From IMG/VR virus record IMGVR_UViG_3300020451_000899, positions 1-55,678 of that record: DNA of 55,678 bases; one strand, written 5' to 3'. This stretch comes from a virus. Its lineage: Duplodnaviria > Caudoviricetes. Below are positions 20,101 to 29,700 of the stretch, piece by piece (position 1 is the first letter of the stretch; the number at the start of each line of letters is the position of its first letter). The translations under genes were made by a program, and so were the position numbers. The notes under the pieces are model-generated. The model was not told where the DNA came from. It worked only from the letters and a program-made list of their open reading frames with translations, and ran no database searches.

Positions 20101-23100
20101 CCAACCCCGATCTTTATAATCATTATAATCAAGTTTATAAAACTGGAGAATATGATTTGGATTTTGTTCGTACAGATTTTAACGACGTAGATATTCCTCA
20201 AGATGCTGGCTTGTTACTTATTAATACGCCAGAAGTAAATTTTGCTAGTCTAGAAATTATGAATAGGATCAGAAATTGGCTGAAGCTTGGTGATAGAAAT
20301 TTAGTTTTAATTGCTAACAACGAGAGATGGGAAACTACGGGCAACGCTGACTATAAAGCGTCGAATGATATTGTAAATGATATTCTAGCCAAGTTAAACT
20401 CTGCTATGGCAGTTTATGATACCGACAAAAAGAAAACTTCATTGTTAAATGAAACAAATACTTGTCCAGACAAAGTAAATGTTATACCTTCTTCTAGGCC
20501 AGAAAATTCTATTTCTAGTTATATAGATACTTCAGCAAATCTTAGAGCTAGAGGCGTTGGTAATATTAGAGTGAGAACGCCTTCTCCTCCGTCTGATAGC
20601 GACTACGCTCAGAATGTTAGTACTGTCATGTATAAAAATTATATATGTAACGATGAGTATACTGAGTTTAATAATCACTGCTCTCCAACTTTGGAAAATG
20701 GAACAGACTTGAGGTCTGGATGGAAGACTACCAACTCTGTTAATAACTGGCCTAATTTTTTCACTGAAGTTTTTGGTGATACTCGTCAGGCTCCTGTGCC
20801 TCTAATGGTTGCTGCTGAATATAAAGATCCTATTACTGTTACGATTCCAGCGACACCCGCTAGATCTGGCGTGTTCACAGAGTTTGATTTAGTTGATGAC
20901 GGAGTTGCCCCCGTGTTCGGAGACCCAGTAGACGGAACTACTGCTTTTGAGTGGTCTGAACAAAATCAAAACTATTCGTCATTAGATGTAAACTTTGGTA
21001 ACAATACAAATTTAAATAGATTTTTTAATCCTGATGCAAAACTGGGCATAGATCCAATATTAGTTTCTGAGGGGTCTAATGGTACTGACGTTGTTACGAC
21101 AGAAAAAGAGATGTCTCCTGAATGTTATTATGCAGCTGAAGAGACTAGCGTAGATAGTGCGCAGTCAAGTATTGTACTAGTCGGATCTTTGAGAGGTGAA
21201 ACTTTAGATAAATTGTACGCTAGTAGCGATAGAAATATAAACTTTTACTTTAATTTAGTAGCCAAGAGACAAAGCGGAAGTTCATACATTGCTCAGTTAA
21301 ATTCCTTCACTGGCAGATCAGATTTTACCGACGCTAAAGAAGGTTCGTTGCTAGAGCTAGTATTTATTAACACTGGTAATTTTGTTCGTAAAAATGTAAC
21401 CGTTTCAGATCTATACGCTGGTCATCCCGATGGATCTGCTTATGACGTTTGTTGGATAGCCAATCCTGTGAATGAACCAACACTGGAAGAAGTTGGCTTA
21501 CTGAAAAAATGGCTTAAGAAAAACAATAAAAAAATTGTTATAACTTACGATAACGATGTGGCAGCTTCTAATGTTTCTAAGCTGTGTTCATTACTTGGTA
21601 TAAGCATGTCTCCTTTATACTTACCACAAAGGAAAAAGTTTGCAAATAATATATCTGATAATTCTAGAAATAATAGATTCTATAATACTAGAAATGCTGT
21701 TCGTAATATTGATATAGATTCAAGCCACTTCGTGAGTAAAGGCTTCATAGAGTCTAGAGATAGTATATCTAAACTCACCATAGATGCAAAAACAAATACC
21801 TTTATTCCTATCAATTTAAAAAATGCTAAACCGATAGCTCTGCTAGGTCATCCTGTGGTAGATGATAAATTTATAGATGTTGGATTTCATTTCATGAAGA
21901 CGGGAGTTTGCAAAGTTGATTTCCCAGTACAGCCCAACACTGCTTACAAAGTTTTCTTAGATACTCAACAATATTCTGATTCAGAAGCAGAACCTCTTCG
22001 AGTTTGGGTGTCTGATTGTAATAGATCTCCTAGCTTCACCTCTGTGGATATTCCTCCTGATCAACATGTTTATACATTCTCAAGTTCAGGAACATTTGAT
22101 TCTGTCTTCTATGGACCTATTGGTACAACCATTGAATTGGATTCTGGTGATTTGTCTTCTGTCAAACGTGTAGTCGAATTCCAAACAACTAATACTGCAA
22201 ATAATATTTCAATGTTTATTGAAGGCAACACTCCAAGAACTTCAATTCATGATACGACTCCTACTACCTTAAACTTAGTATCAATCTCTGGATGTGTCAT
22301 CAATGTAGATGCTAGAACTGTAAAGAAACGTGTCCCTAGATATGTAACTAAAAGAATATCTGACCCAGTAGATGAAACAACTTATACCATTGAGTTTGAA
22401 GATCCTTTAGCAATGTCTTCTTCAAGTCAAAAGTACTGCCCTAGCGCTGAATGTTCTAACATATTCGAGGGAACAACTATTGAAGACGGTCCAGTTGTTG
22501 TTGCTCAAGAAATATATTCTCATTCTGGACGATCTCAAGGTATCAATCCTTCTAGAATTACAGTTATATCCGATCCAGACTTAATTCAGGGCGAGTGCTT
22601 GTTTGACGAGGATGGCGTCATAAGAGATTCTTCATTAAATTTCTTACAAAGTTTATATCCAGATACACAATTTCCTTCTAACGCAAACGCTAGAATATTT
22701 GACATTAATAAAAAACTTGTAGCTCCAGAAAGAGGAAGCCCAGCCCGTTATATAAACTCTGTAGGTAAAGAGGGTCTAGTAACTAGATTCATGCCTCCAG
22801 ATGGGACTATTAGTTCTGGATTGTTAATGTCAGACTTTAGAGATGATGCTCCAAATAATATCAGTAGACCAGATGCGCTTACTGATTCTACATTAGCTAC
22901 TGTTTCTACTGCGTTCATAAATAGTGAAAATTATTATGGTTCTAATTCTAAATTTAATTGGACGGTTGATGGAGTCACTTATTCAGATACAGACGCTCGT
23001 GGTGGTGTACCATCAATAATGTCGTCTACTGGCAAAGATTTTATAGACTTCAACGCCTATCCTTCTGGCTATCCGGGAGATTTGTTTGGTTATTCTGTAG

Positions 23101-24476
23101 ACTATTATAAGGATAGAATTGTTGTTGGCACACCGTTTGGTGGATTTAAAAGCAAGGGTGTGTTAGATTGGGACGACGTTGCTTCAAATACTAGTCAGTA
23201 CAATCCCCCGTCTGGAACTTTGGTAAGTCAGTGGGGCGGCGCTGGTTCTGTATATATATATTCTAGAGATTCGGATAGTGTTTTTAATTTTTCTCAAAAA
23301 CTTAGACCATCAGGTATCAATGTTGGTCATGATTTAGATAATATATCAGACTCTGAATTGGTATCTGCTCTAGGACCAAATGATTATACATTAGAAGAGT
23401 TACGACTATATTCTCCAATTACTGATAAGTTTGGCTACTCTGTGGCTATTGATGGTGACATTATTGGCGTTGGCACTCCCGGTCATGATTACGCCAAAAG
23501 TACTATTGATAGTGTGAGTGGAGCATTTGAAACAAGATCATTCAACTTTGAATATGACATTAGACAAAGATTTAGTCGTGATTTAGGAGACCCTAATACA
23601 CGCGCACTGTTGACTATATCTAGTGGTATACTAAACAACGGTGCTGTTTATACATTTGAAAATAGATATGAGAAACAAGTATCTGCTCCAAGGTACTGGT
23701 CTGATGTCGAGAAGATAGTGCCACAAGGTTATAATTCTAGACTACAACAGACTCCTACCACATCTGGGACAGAAAACGAGCATTTTGGCGAGTATGTAGA
23801 CGTTAGCAGAGCAAAAAGAAAAGATGCAGATTATAGCATTGTTATTGGCTCCCCTTATCATAAGTTTGCTACCAGTGGTACGCATGGCTCTCCTGAGCCT
23901 CTAGAGGGCGCTGGAGCGGCTTTCTTGTTTGACGCTATGCTCCGTACCCCATTTGCATATGATGCCGGAGACGCTAATATTGACGCTTCTGTGTATGGTT
24001 CTCCAGATTTCAAGGTAAATCTGTCTATTGACAACACAAAACTAAACGCTATACATTATAGTGCTGGACTTATATATGCCAATAATGAAGGGGAAATTTT
24101 TATAGAGGCATCTGGTCAGGATGAGAATATTGATGGCTTTACACTCCATAGACCGTACATAAATAGTGTAGTCGGTAGAAAATCTCCTTTGAATGATACT
24201 GAAAATAGTAATGTTCATTTGTTTATGTCTAGCGTAGATGGATCTGAGGCAGAGTCAATGCCCCTGTTTGCAAATACTTCAAACAAAGGGTTTGTGTATA
24301 ATAATAATAGCATAACACTGTTTGTAGGATCTTTTAATACGGCTGAAACTGACACTGGACTATCTCTTTATGAGCATTGTCCTTCAGGTACTGCTGACTC
24401 AGAACAGATGCATATATTTGTGAGTGGGACAGCGCTACTTAACGAAACTTTCGACCTTATAACCTTTGGATTTTAA
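17136..24476 (+). CDS. Giant virion protein with dispersed FG-GAP repeats and inserted domains
   Basis: 2446 aa; repeated YG/FG.S.......VG(S/A/T)P and GAV(Y/F)V motifs; short (L/M)xL(F/Y) repeats at both termini. Confidence 0.65.
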   Translation: MAGFLLFCSGEFNGFGISPLYTEGKQYAHSNLPLFHSGQVPPDDSISLYASGTLYQINVLSMHTISATETNDNVNLYAKAALVPNDPPMPLWVANQGVEEFASINMHLENDGVINKKSAMALNVLCLPQIVNATIPTAQENSPLFVRGAVQNTTIFEASPLFLQVEDATGQEITNENLSLFMSQSHGFRWDSENSGSEIEPDDNIFATIESTDPIRGVELICHGGCAAGTCDEVVLESHDTNWFTADCVDGGIFRAEKTYTNPNVNAFGSDVPYSGHFYGIRKFTGLDPFGPYNITMTGSSGSTARIPAPKQLVSWEYEKEGTNALFSGIKFIGDHPHVADGRNAGDNYGTSISVNADLLCVGSPNYDLDFNSDTLSNAGTVFVYRRGEEPASYTNLAENKADWSFETQLVLPSSIRNNYFKSTSVPLAGTSENVEKRQWYLGQEGRNFGSSLSSTVTSSALETTLDGKDKEIIVVGAPNGNFTETFTPPSMIENEVLMMVFTDEFNPTIGNLTYRDILSNIESKNYLYKYFSQPTIDVKIKMIVFRPISIELQTDLDFPEPKPTFISKKTITRHTNDIPGTSQHTTVDDQILQEIKDAFFELYPDAANHVPALLGVYIDNSRSLGDTAVNPAVSRFVDFFKGHASSEGLVDYNGSPTDGAVLQTTTNDENWITQSNALLDFALDSGRLIQENYLKLLTNPSTFGTFNTALPDFNDPPPSGGSVYVFEKESGVWDLIQEIKSPTEDNTTHPDFFGKAVDISKNAEVIGIGSPYMDSAVNIYEYDYSEKDRMYSNVEAWVAYHIAKETEDNFYLGQKTKLDAHRVELDNDTTLPEDDTKREEQVKLIIGKSLYIQLSADRKYGYRTDTAFWGNGKTIQEYKNIFDYKYSDIAYAGTYQQLVTKFAPTSRMGYSIAVNETGSAFAVGCPTDSLDVTDDSNLYYHPDNSGQILWPSYVNAGAVRAFESRKYYPHNKVVDYGKFGNTHNKTLTNPDLYNHYNQVYKTGEYDLDFVRTDFNDVDIPQDAGLLLINTPEVNFASLEIMNRIRNWLKLGDRNLVLIANNERWETTGNADYKASNDIVNDILAKLNSAMAVYDTDKKKTSLLNETNTCPDKVNVIPSSRPENSISSYIDTSANLRARGVGNIRVRTPSPPSDSDYAQNVSTVMYKNYICNDEYTEFNNHCSPTLENGTDLRSGWKTTNSVNNWPNFFTEVFGDTRQAPVPLMVAAEYKDPITVTIPATPARSGVFTEFDLVDDGVAPVFGDPVDGTTAFEWSEQNQNYSSLDVNFGNNTNLNRFFNPDAKLGIDPILVSEGSNGTDVVTTEKEMSPECYYAAEETSVDSAQSSIVLVGSLRGETLDKLYASSDRNINFYFNLVAKRQSGSSYIAQLNSFTGRSDFTDAKEGSLLELVFINTGNFVRKNVTVSDLYAGHPDGSAYDVCWIANPVNEPTLEEVGLLKKWLKKNNKKIVITYDNDVAASNVSKLCSLLGISMSPLYLPQRKKFANNISDNSRNNRFYNTRNAVRNIDIDSSHFVSKGFIESRDSISKLTIDAKTNTFIPINLKNAKPIALLGHPVVDDKFIDVGFHFMKTGVCKVDFPVQPNTAYKVFLDTQQYSDSEAEPLRVWVSDCNRSPSFTSVDIPPDQHVYTFSSSGTFDSVFYGPIGTTIELDSGDLSSVKRVVEFQTTNTANNISMFIEGNTPRTSIHDTTPTTLNLVSISGCVINVDARTVKKRVPRYVTKRISDPVDETTYTIEFEDPLAMSSSSQKYCPSAECSNIFEGTTIEDGPVVVAQEIYSHSGRSQGINPSRITVISDPDLIQGECLFDEDGVIRDSSLNFLQSLYPDTQFPSNANARIFDINKKLVAPERGSPARYINSVGKEGLVTRFMPPDGTISSGLLMSDFRDDAPNNISRPDALTDSTLATVSTAFINSENYYGSNSKFNWTVDGVTYSDTDARGGVPSIMSSTGKDFIDFNAYPSGYPGDLFGYSVDYYKDRIVVGTPFGGFKSKGVLDWDDVASNTSQYNPPSGTLVSQWGGAGSVYIYSRDSDSVFNFSQKLRPSGINVGHDLDNISDSELVSALGPNDYTLEELRLYSPITDKFGYSVAIDGDIIGVGTPGHDYAKSTIDSVSGAFETRSFNFEYDIRQRFSRDLGDPNTRALLTISSGILNNGAVYTFENRYEKQVSAPRYWSDVEKIVPQGYNSRLQQTPTTSGTENEHFGEYVDVSRAKRKDADYSIVIGSPYHKFATSGTHGSPEPLEGAGAAFLFDAMLRTPFAYDAGDANIDASVYGSPDFKVNLSIDNTKLNAIHYSAGLIYANNEGEIFIEASGQDENIDGFTLHRPYINSVVGRKSPLNDTENSNVHLFMSSVDGSEAESMPLFANTSNKGFVYNNNSITLFVGSFNTAETDTGLSLYEHCPSGTADSEQMHIFVSGTALLNETFDLITFGF

Positions 24477-24478
24477 TT

Positions 24479-26032
24479 ATGTCAAATTTAGTTACAGTAC
24501 ACCCAGTTGGGAATGCGACTCACCCCGCAATCACCATCACGGATAGTGGCAACGCTGAAAAATATTTTATTCCTGCTCCTTTGATTGGTTGGAGTAGTAA
24601 TACCAAAAGGCAAGGTAGTACCAAGCTTGCAGATGAAACCAATGTTACTTTAAGTTTCTTTTCTATTGCCGGAACGGGAACGGCTCAGGAAAGGGCAGAG
24701 GATCTCATAAGCTCTGTTGCTGCTATAGAAAAGGTTTTTGCAAATGCTAAGACATTAAAATTGAAAACGGCGGCTAACAAAACTGAACCAGATTTATCAT
24801 GGAGCATATTAGACCCTAGCGTTTCTGTAGACGAAAGCACCTTTAGTCAAGTTACTACATTGAATGTTTCTTTCTTAGGTGTCTACAAAGAATATGATTC
24901 TGTTAAATTTACAAAAAATGGTACAGACTATTATGCTAACTTGGAATCTTTTTCAGATAATTTATCCCTTGAGCCTGATGCCTCTTTAGGCTTTAGCCAT
25001 GATGATCCCACTGGTATGCCCTACAGATTCACAAGAACCATTTCTGCCACGCTGCGTCCTCAAAACGCAGGAAATCTTTTTAAAGATAAATTTAATCAAA
25101 GTGGCATTGAGTTTGCTAAAAGATTTGTAGATGCAAGAGAGAGTCATTATGCCGTGGGTAATGATTACCACGCAACCCACCTTGGACTCAAACATGCAGC
25201 TGGTGGCAGTAGTCCGCAAAATATATTTAATCTAACACGCTCTGAGACTTCTGATCTTTCTAACTTATCTTATAGTGTTACTATTCAAGGTATATATTGC
25301 GATGGTGGCAGCGTACAGCCTGAAGGAGCGTTTGAAACATATAATACTAGTGTTAGTAAAAATGCTGACTCGGCAGTAGTAAGTGTTTCCATAGATGGTA
25401 CTCTTCAGGGATATATTGCAAACAGTGGCGACACTACGTATAAACAGGTCAACTCTAGCGCTAGTAATGCTGCTTTTGATAAATTAAATGCAATCAGTAA
25501 CAATGGTAATTATGGTTATGGTAGCGTAATTTTTAAAAGAGCGCAGAACGCCGCAGGTATACCATTAAACGGTACACCTCAAAGCTTTTCAGTTGCTGAC
25601 AGCACTGTTTCTAATGCAAGTATAAGTTATAATGTCAGTTATGACAATCGTAGAAATCCTTCTATATCTGGAGCCATTACAGAAAGCATACAAGTTAGCG
25701 ATACATACCCCACAGACGTATACGCATCCATAGAAGTTATGGGCAAGAGAGATGGACCTGTTTTTCAGTACATGAATACAACTACTCATTTTGAACGAGA
25801 TGTGAGTATAGAAGTGCAGATGGACCCACACTTTATTCCTGCTTCTACTAATGGTGGCGAATTAATGAGTTATAGCCCTTCGATGAACAGCAATCAAAGG
25901 ATGCAATTAAATCAACTCATCAATTCTTTGTCTCCCTACGGAGCTAATTATGTAATGCTAAAATCTTCTAACGAAAGTTGGTCGCCAACAGATGGTAGAT
26001 ATTCTGCTAGTATAGGGTGGGTGTATCAATAA
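24479..26032 (+). CDS. Putative distal tail/tail-tip structural protein
   Basis: 517 aa with repeated tube-like beta-strand units, ending ESW...GRYS..IGWVYQ; synteny. Confidence 0.45.
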   Translation: MSNLVTVHPVGNATHPAITITDSGNAEKYFIPAPLIGWSSNTKRQGSTKLADETNVTLSFFSIAGTGTAQERAEDLISSVAAIEKVFANAKTLKLKTAANKTEPDLSWSILDPSVSVDESTFSQVTTLNVSFLGVYKEYDSVKFTKNGTDYYANLESFSDNLSLEPDASLGFSHDDPTGMPYRFTRTISATLRPQNAGNLFKDKFNQSGIEFAKRFVDARESHYAVGNDYHATHLGLKHAAGGSSPQNIFNLTRSETSDLSNLSYSVTIQGIYCDGGSVQPEGAFETYNTSVSKNADSAVVSVSIDGTLQGYIANSGDTTYKQVNSSASNAAFDKLNAISNNGNYGYGSVIFKRAQNAAGIPLNGTPQSFSVADSTVSNASISYNVSYDNRRNPSISGAITESIQVSDTYPTDVYASIEVMGKRDGPVFQYMNTTTHFERDVSIEVQMDPHFIPASTNGGELMSYSPSMNSNQRMQLNQLINSLSPYGANYVMLKSSNESWSPTDGRYSASIGWVYQ

Positions 26033-26745
26033 TGAGCAATACTCATGAGCAAAGGAATACAAGATATAATACAGCTAGACTTAGCGGAGTTGTTGATCCC
26101 CAAGATTCTTTTTCTGTAGTCGTAGTAGATAGTGGCTTTTATCTTAATAGAAAGCAAAGAGACGATAATCTATTTGTAGCAAAAGCCACTAAAGACGGTA
26201 CAGAATCTTATTTTAACAAATGGGAAGAAGAAAACGGTTTCAATCCATTCCCCAGTGGGAGTTTATATGGTAACAGACATAGGCTGACAGGTACGGCTTT
26301 TTATGGGGGACTGAGAGGGAGTGGCGATAAACCAGAAGATAAATTTGTGTCAGACCACTTACCAGTAACTTCTGGCAACTGGCCTGACGGAACTGGCAAG
26401 CGGGGTAATTTTATAGATGCTGCTCAAAGTGGAGCTTACAATTCTTCTGTTGCTAGATATGACTTTACAGCTTTTACTTACAGGTCGCCAGACAATAAAA
26501 CAAAAGAAATAGATATACAAACTGGAAGCATAAGCGGCGTGAGTACTATTACAGAGAGACAATCGGCCCCAGATATGGGGTCTTCATATGATCCAACAGT
26601 AAAAGGCGTTGGAAATGGTGAACCACAACCGCCAGAACCAGAACAGCCGCCAGAAGAAGAGCCACCAACAGGAACAACCTCGCCTCCAACCGGAGGATCG
26701 GGCAATTCATCGGTTGCGGGTTGGCTTGGCGATCATACAAATTAG
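26032..26745 (+). CDS. Hypothetical virion protein with Pro/Glu/Thr-rich C-terminal tail
   Basis: TAATG overlap gives a start at 26032; PQPPEPEQPPEEEPPTGTTSPPTGG low-complexity end. Confidence 0.5.
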   Translation: MSNTHEQRNTRYNTARLSGVVDPQDSFSVVVVDSGFYLNRKQRDDNLFVAKATKDGTESYFNKWEEENGFNPFPSGSLYGNRHRLTGTAFYGGLRGSGDKPEDKFVSDHLPVTSGNWPDGTGKRGNFIDAAQSGAYNSSVARYDFTAFTYRSPDNKTKEIDIQTGSISGVSTITERQSAPDMGSSYDPTVKGVGNGEPQPPEPEQPPEEEPPTGTTSPPTGGSGNSSVAGWLGDHTN

Positions 26746-26757
26746 GAAGGATTATTT

Positions 26758-29700
26758 ATGCCGAACTCAATTATTAAAACAAATTGGTCAGCTCCGGGTG
26801 TTCCCGGTACTGAGCAATATCAGAAAGATTTTATTGCTAGTGGTCATTTTTACCCATCGCAACAATCTTTTCTAGGTGCTTCAATTACATCGTTTAGTAT
26901 AAGCGCTGGTGATGGCTCCACGGCATCCAGCCTAAATGTAAATTTAGTTGAAGATGGAGGTTTTCAAGGTAATAAAGATGATGATGACAAGCCCATAGAT
27001 CCTTATCATCCTATCAATGCTGGAGACAGCTTCAGTCCTCCCGGCGTCGGTATGCCTGTCTTCTTTGTCTATAGCAACCCTCCGATGAAAATAGTTGATG
27101 CTTTTGCGGGCAACGAGGAGTATGGAACTTCCACATTTACATTTGGTGGTATTTTATCCAGCTTTCATAGAACGAGATCAACTGGTGGTAGAACATTTTC
27201 TGCCACAATAACAGACCCAAGAGAAATACTTACGAACACTTATTTAATATTAAATCATACAGATAACAAAGTTGGCCTTAAAGAATATAATATATTTAAT
27301 GTATTTGGTTTCTTAGAAAATAATATCAGTGAAAATGTTAAAAGTACCTTTGACAGTTATGTTGATAATAAATTATCAAGATCAACCAATGAAGACGGAT
27401 TAGTCAATTGGAAGGGCGATGATATGTATCATTCTAGCGAATCTTCTATAGGAGAAGGGTATTTTGAGAATGGGGGGTATAGTAGGAAATTTCCAATTAC
27501 CGGAACAGGGATGTCTCGACGAAGTAGTTCTGGCATACCTTTCTATAGAATAATGCAAGCTTTGGCTGCTATGTCTAGCGAACTGCCGGGAGAACCAGAG
27601 GAAGAAGAAGGAGAAGAAGGAGAAGAAGAGGGCAGTGAGCCTAGTTCCACCTCAGAATATACAGGTTTTGGCAATGATATATTTTATAGAGGTTTGTATT
27701 ACGAAATAAATTTTATTGACTTTCCAGAATTGTCTCCATTCTATCATTTTGACCACGACAAGATAGACTTATTGTCATTCCTCTTAGAAGTTTCTGAGTC
27801 TACGGCTACAGAAATTAGTGTCTCTTTAAGTCCTAAATTGGGGACCAGAGTTGGAGGTATTATTAATGTCAAATTTATTGATAGATCAAAAGAAGTATCT
27901 GTAGGATCAATCGGTAGATTTATAAACAGGCTCACGGATGTCCAAAAAGATGATATTGGTTTTGAAAATGCTGACCCAGTAACTAGCAGAGTTATTTTTG
28001 GTGCAAATCGGGTAGACCTCTATGCGTTCACTTCTAATCAAGATCCACATTTTTATGGTGGCCCTTTGGATCAGGATCACCAGATATTGCCTTTTTATGG
28101 AACAATTTCTGACGGTGTAATTACTCCCACTAAAGGTAACGGTGCTTACAGGCAAATAATGTTAGACTCTACCGGACTAGGTGCTTACGGTGTAGGCAAT
28201 TATTATATTGCTACAGAAGCAGAACTTAGATATGCTTCTAAGTCCTTCGAAGCTTGGAAAAGTTTTTTAGTATTTTTCAATAGAAAATACATTGAAAAAA
28301 TGACAAATAAACCAAAAGTAAGATACGAAGACTTATTCGCTGGCAACAACCCAGAGTTGACAATTACAGACGGTGATGGAGAAAGTGACCGTGGGTTAAA
28401 AGTTCCACGCTCTTTGTTTGTTGGTGATGATCTTGGTCAGTGCTGTCCGAGATATGGTTATCCTTTGTACTGGGGTAGAGCCACAGCTATTGGTTTAAGC
28501 TTAGAAGACGTTGTAGATAATAGATATACTGTTATAGCAGATTTAAACAATCTAAGTGGCAGCTCCCCTGATTATATCATGGCTGTACGAAATGCCATGC
28601 TGGAGAAATATGAAAGGCTTAGTAGTGTTAGAAGACTAACGGCTGCTGAATTGGATTTGATAAAAACTTTAAGAGACAAGAATTTTGATAAAGAGTATTT
28701 AGGAAAAGCAGCTGCCGCTCTACAGAGTCAAGTTCAAACGGGTAGTAAGCAGGAGTCCAGAAAAGAGAATTCTTCCAAAGTCTATAATTTTGTAAGAAGA
28801 ATAGCCACTGAATACTATGGTAAAAAATGGCTTGTTAGAATTCCGGGGAAGCCTAATTTTGATTTTGAAGAAGAAGTTACAAAAGCGGGAAACCAATACA
28901 TGTCAGGTCCGTTTGGATTTCCCCCCAGAGAGGCATCTTCTACCGCAAACAAAGACGCGATAACAGGGCAAGATGGAGAGGCCGATTTTAATTTTGTCAA
29001 GAGTTCTAATTCTCCCGCAGTAACTGAGGAGCAATCTAAGTTTTACCCATGTTTAACTTCAGAATATAATCCCGTGGACGATCAATTGCAACACAATTTT
29101 TTGCCTGATAACAATGGAGGCTTCTTTACTAGGACTGCATACGACAAGGCTGTTAGTAACGCTTTGTCTCCTAGAGACCTCTCTACGTTTGGGGCAAGCC
29201 ACAGAATACAAGCTTATGTAAGATATGATTGTATGGAAAAATTGAGCGCTGGAACCAATAAAATATATACAGAGCAAATTGGTGATCATAGAAAGAAGTA
29301 TATACCATCAAAAACTTTGGAGTCTAACGGTATTGATGCTACTCCTAGCGGTGGCGCTTTGTTAGGTTTTATGCCCGTAGATTTAGATGAAAGATATTAT
29401 TTCTTCCCAAAAATGAAAACGCATACCATTGGAGTCTCTGCTAATACTTTTACAAAAGTATCGAAATATATTCCTGCACCGATTGTTCCTGATGCTAGCG
29501 GTAAGTTGAATGAAGAAGCCGGTACTGTCAAGCGAGTTGTACTAGTAGAACCTAAAAAGAAAACCACGGGAGAAAGTATCGAAATTGATGATGTGCCGAG
29601 AGTTTCCGGCGTAATGGTCGGTATGCCTGATCGAAGACGCGCTTTTGCCCTGATCACATTGCCAGAAAAAGTGACTGCTAAATTGGAGAAAATTTCTGAC

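Noticed and set aside
27592-27632. GAA/GGA microsatellite
   Set aside because: Encodes an in-frame acidic linker (EPEEEEGEEGEEEG); not an independent element.
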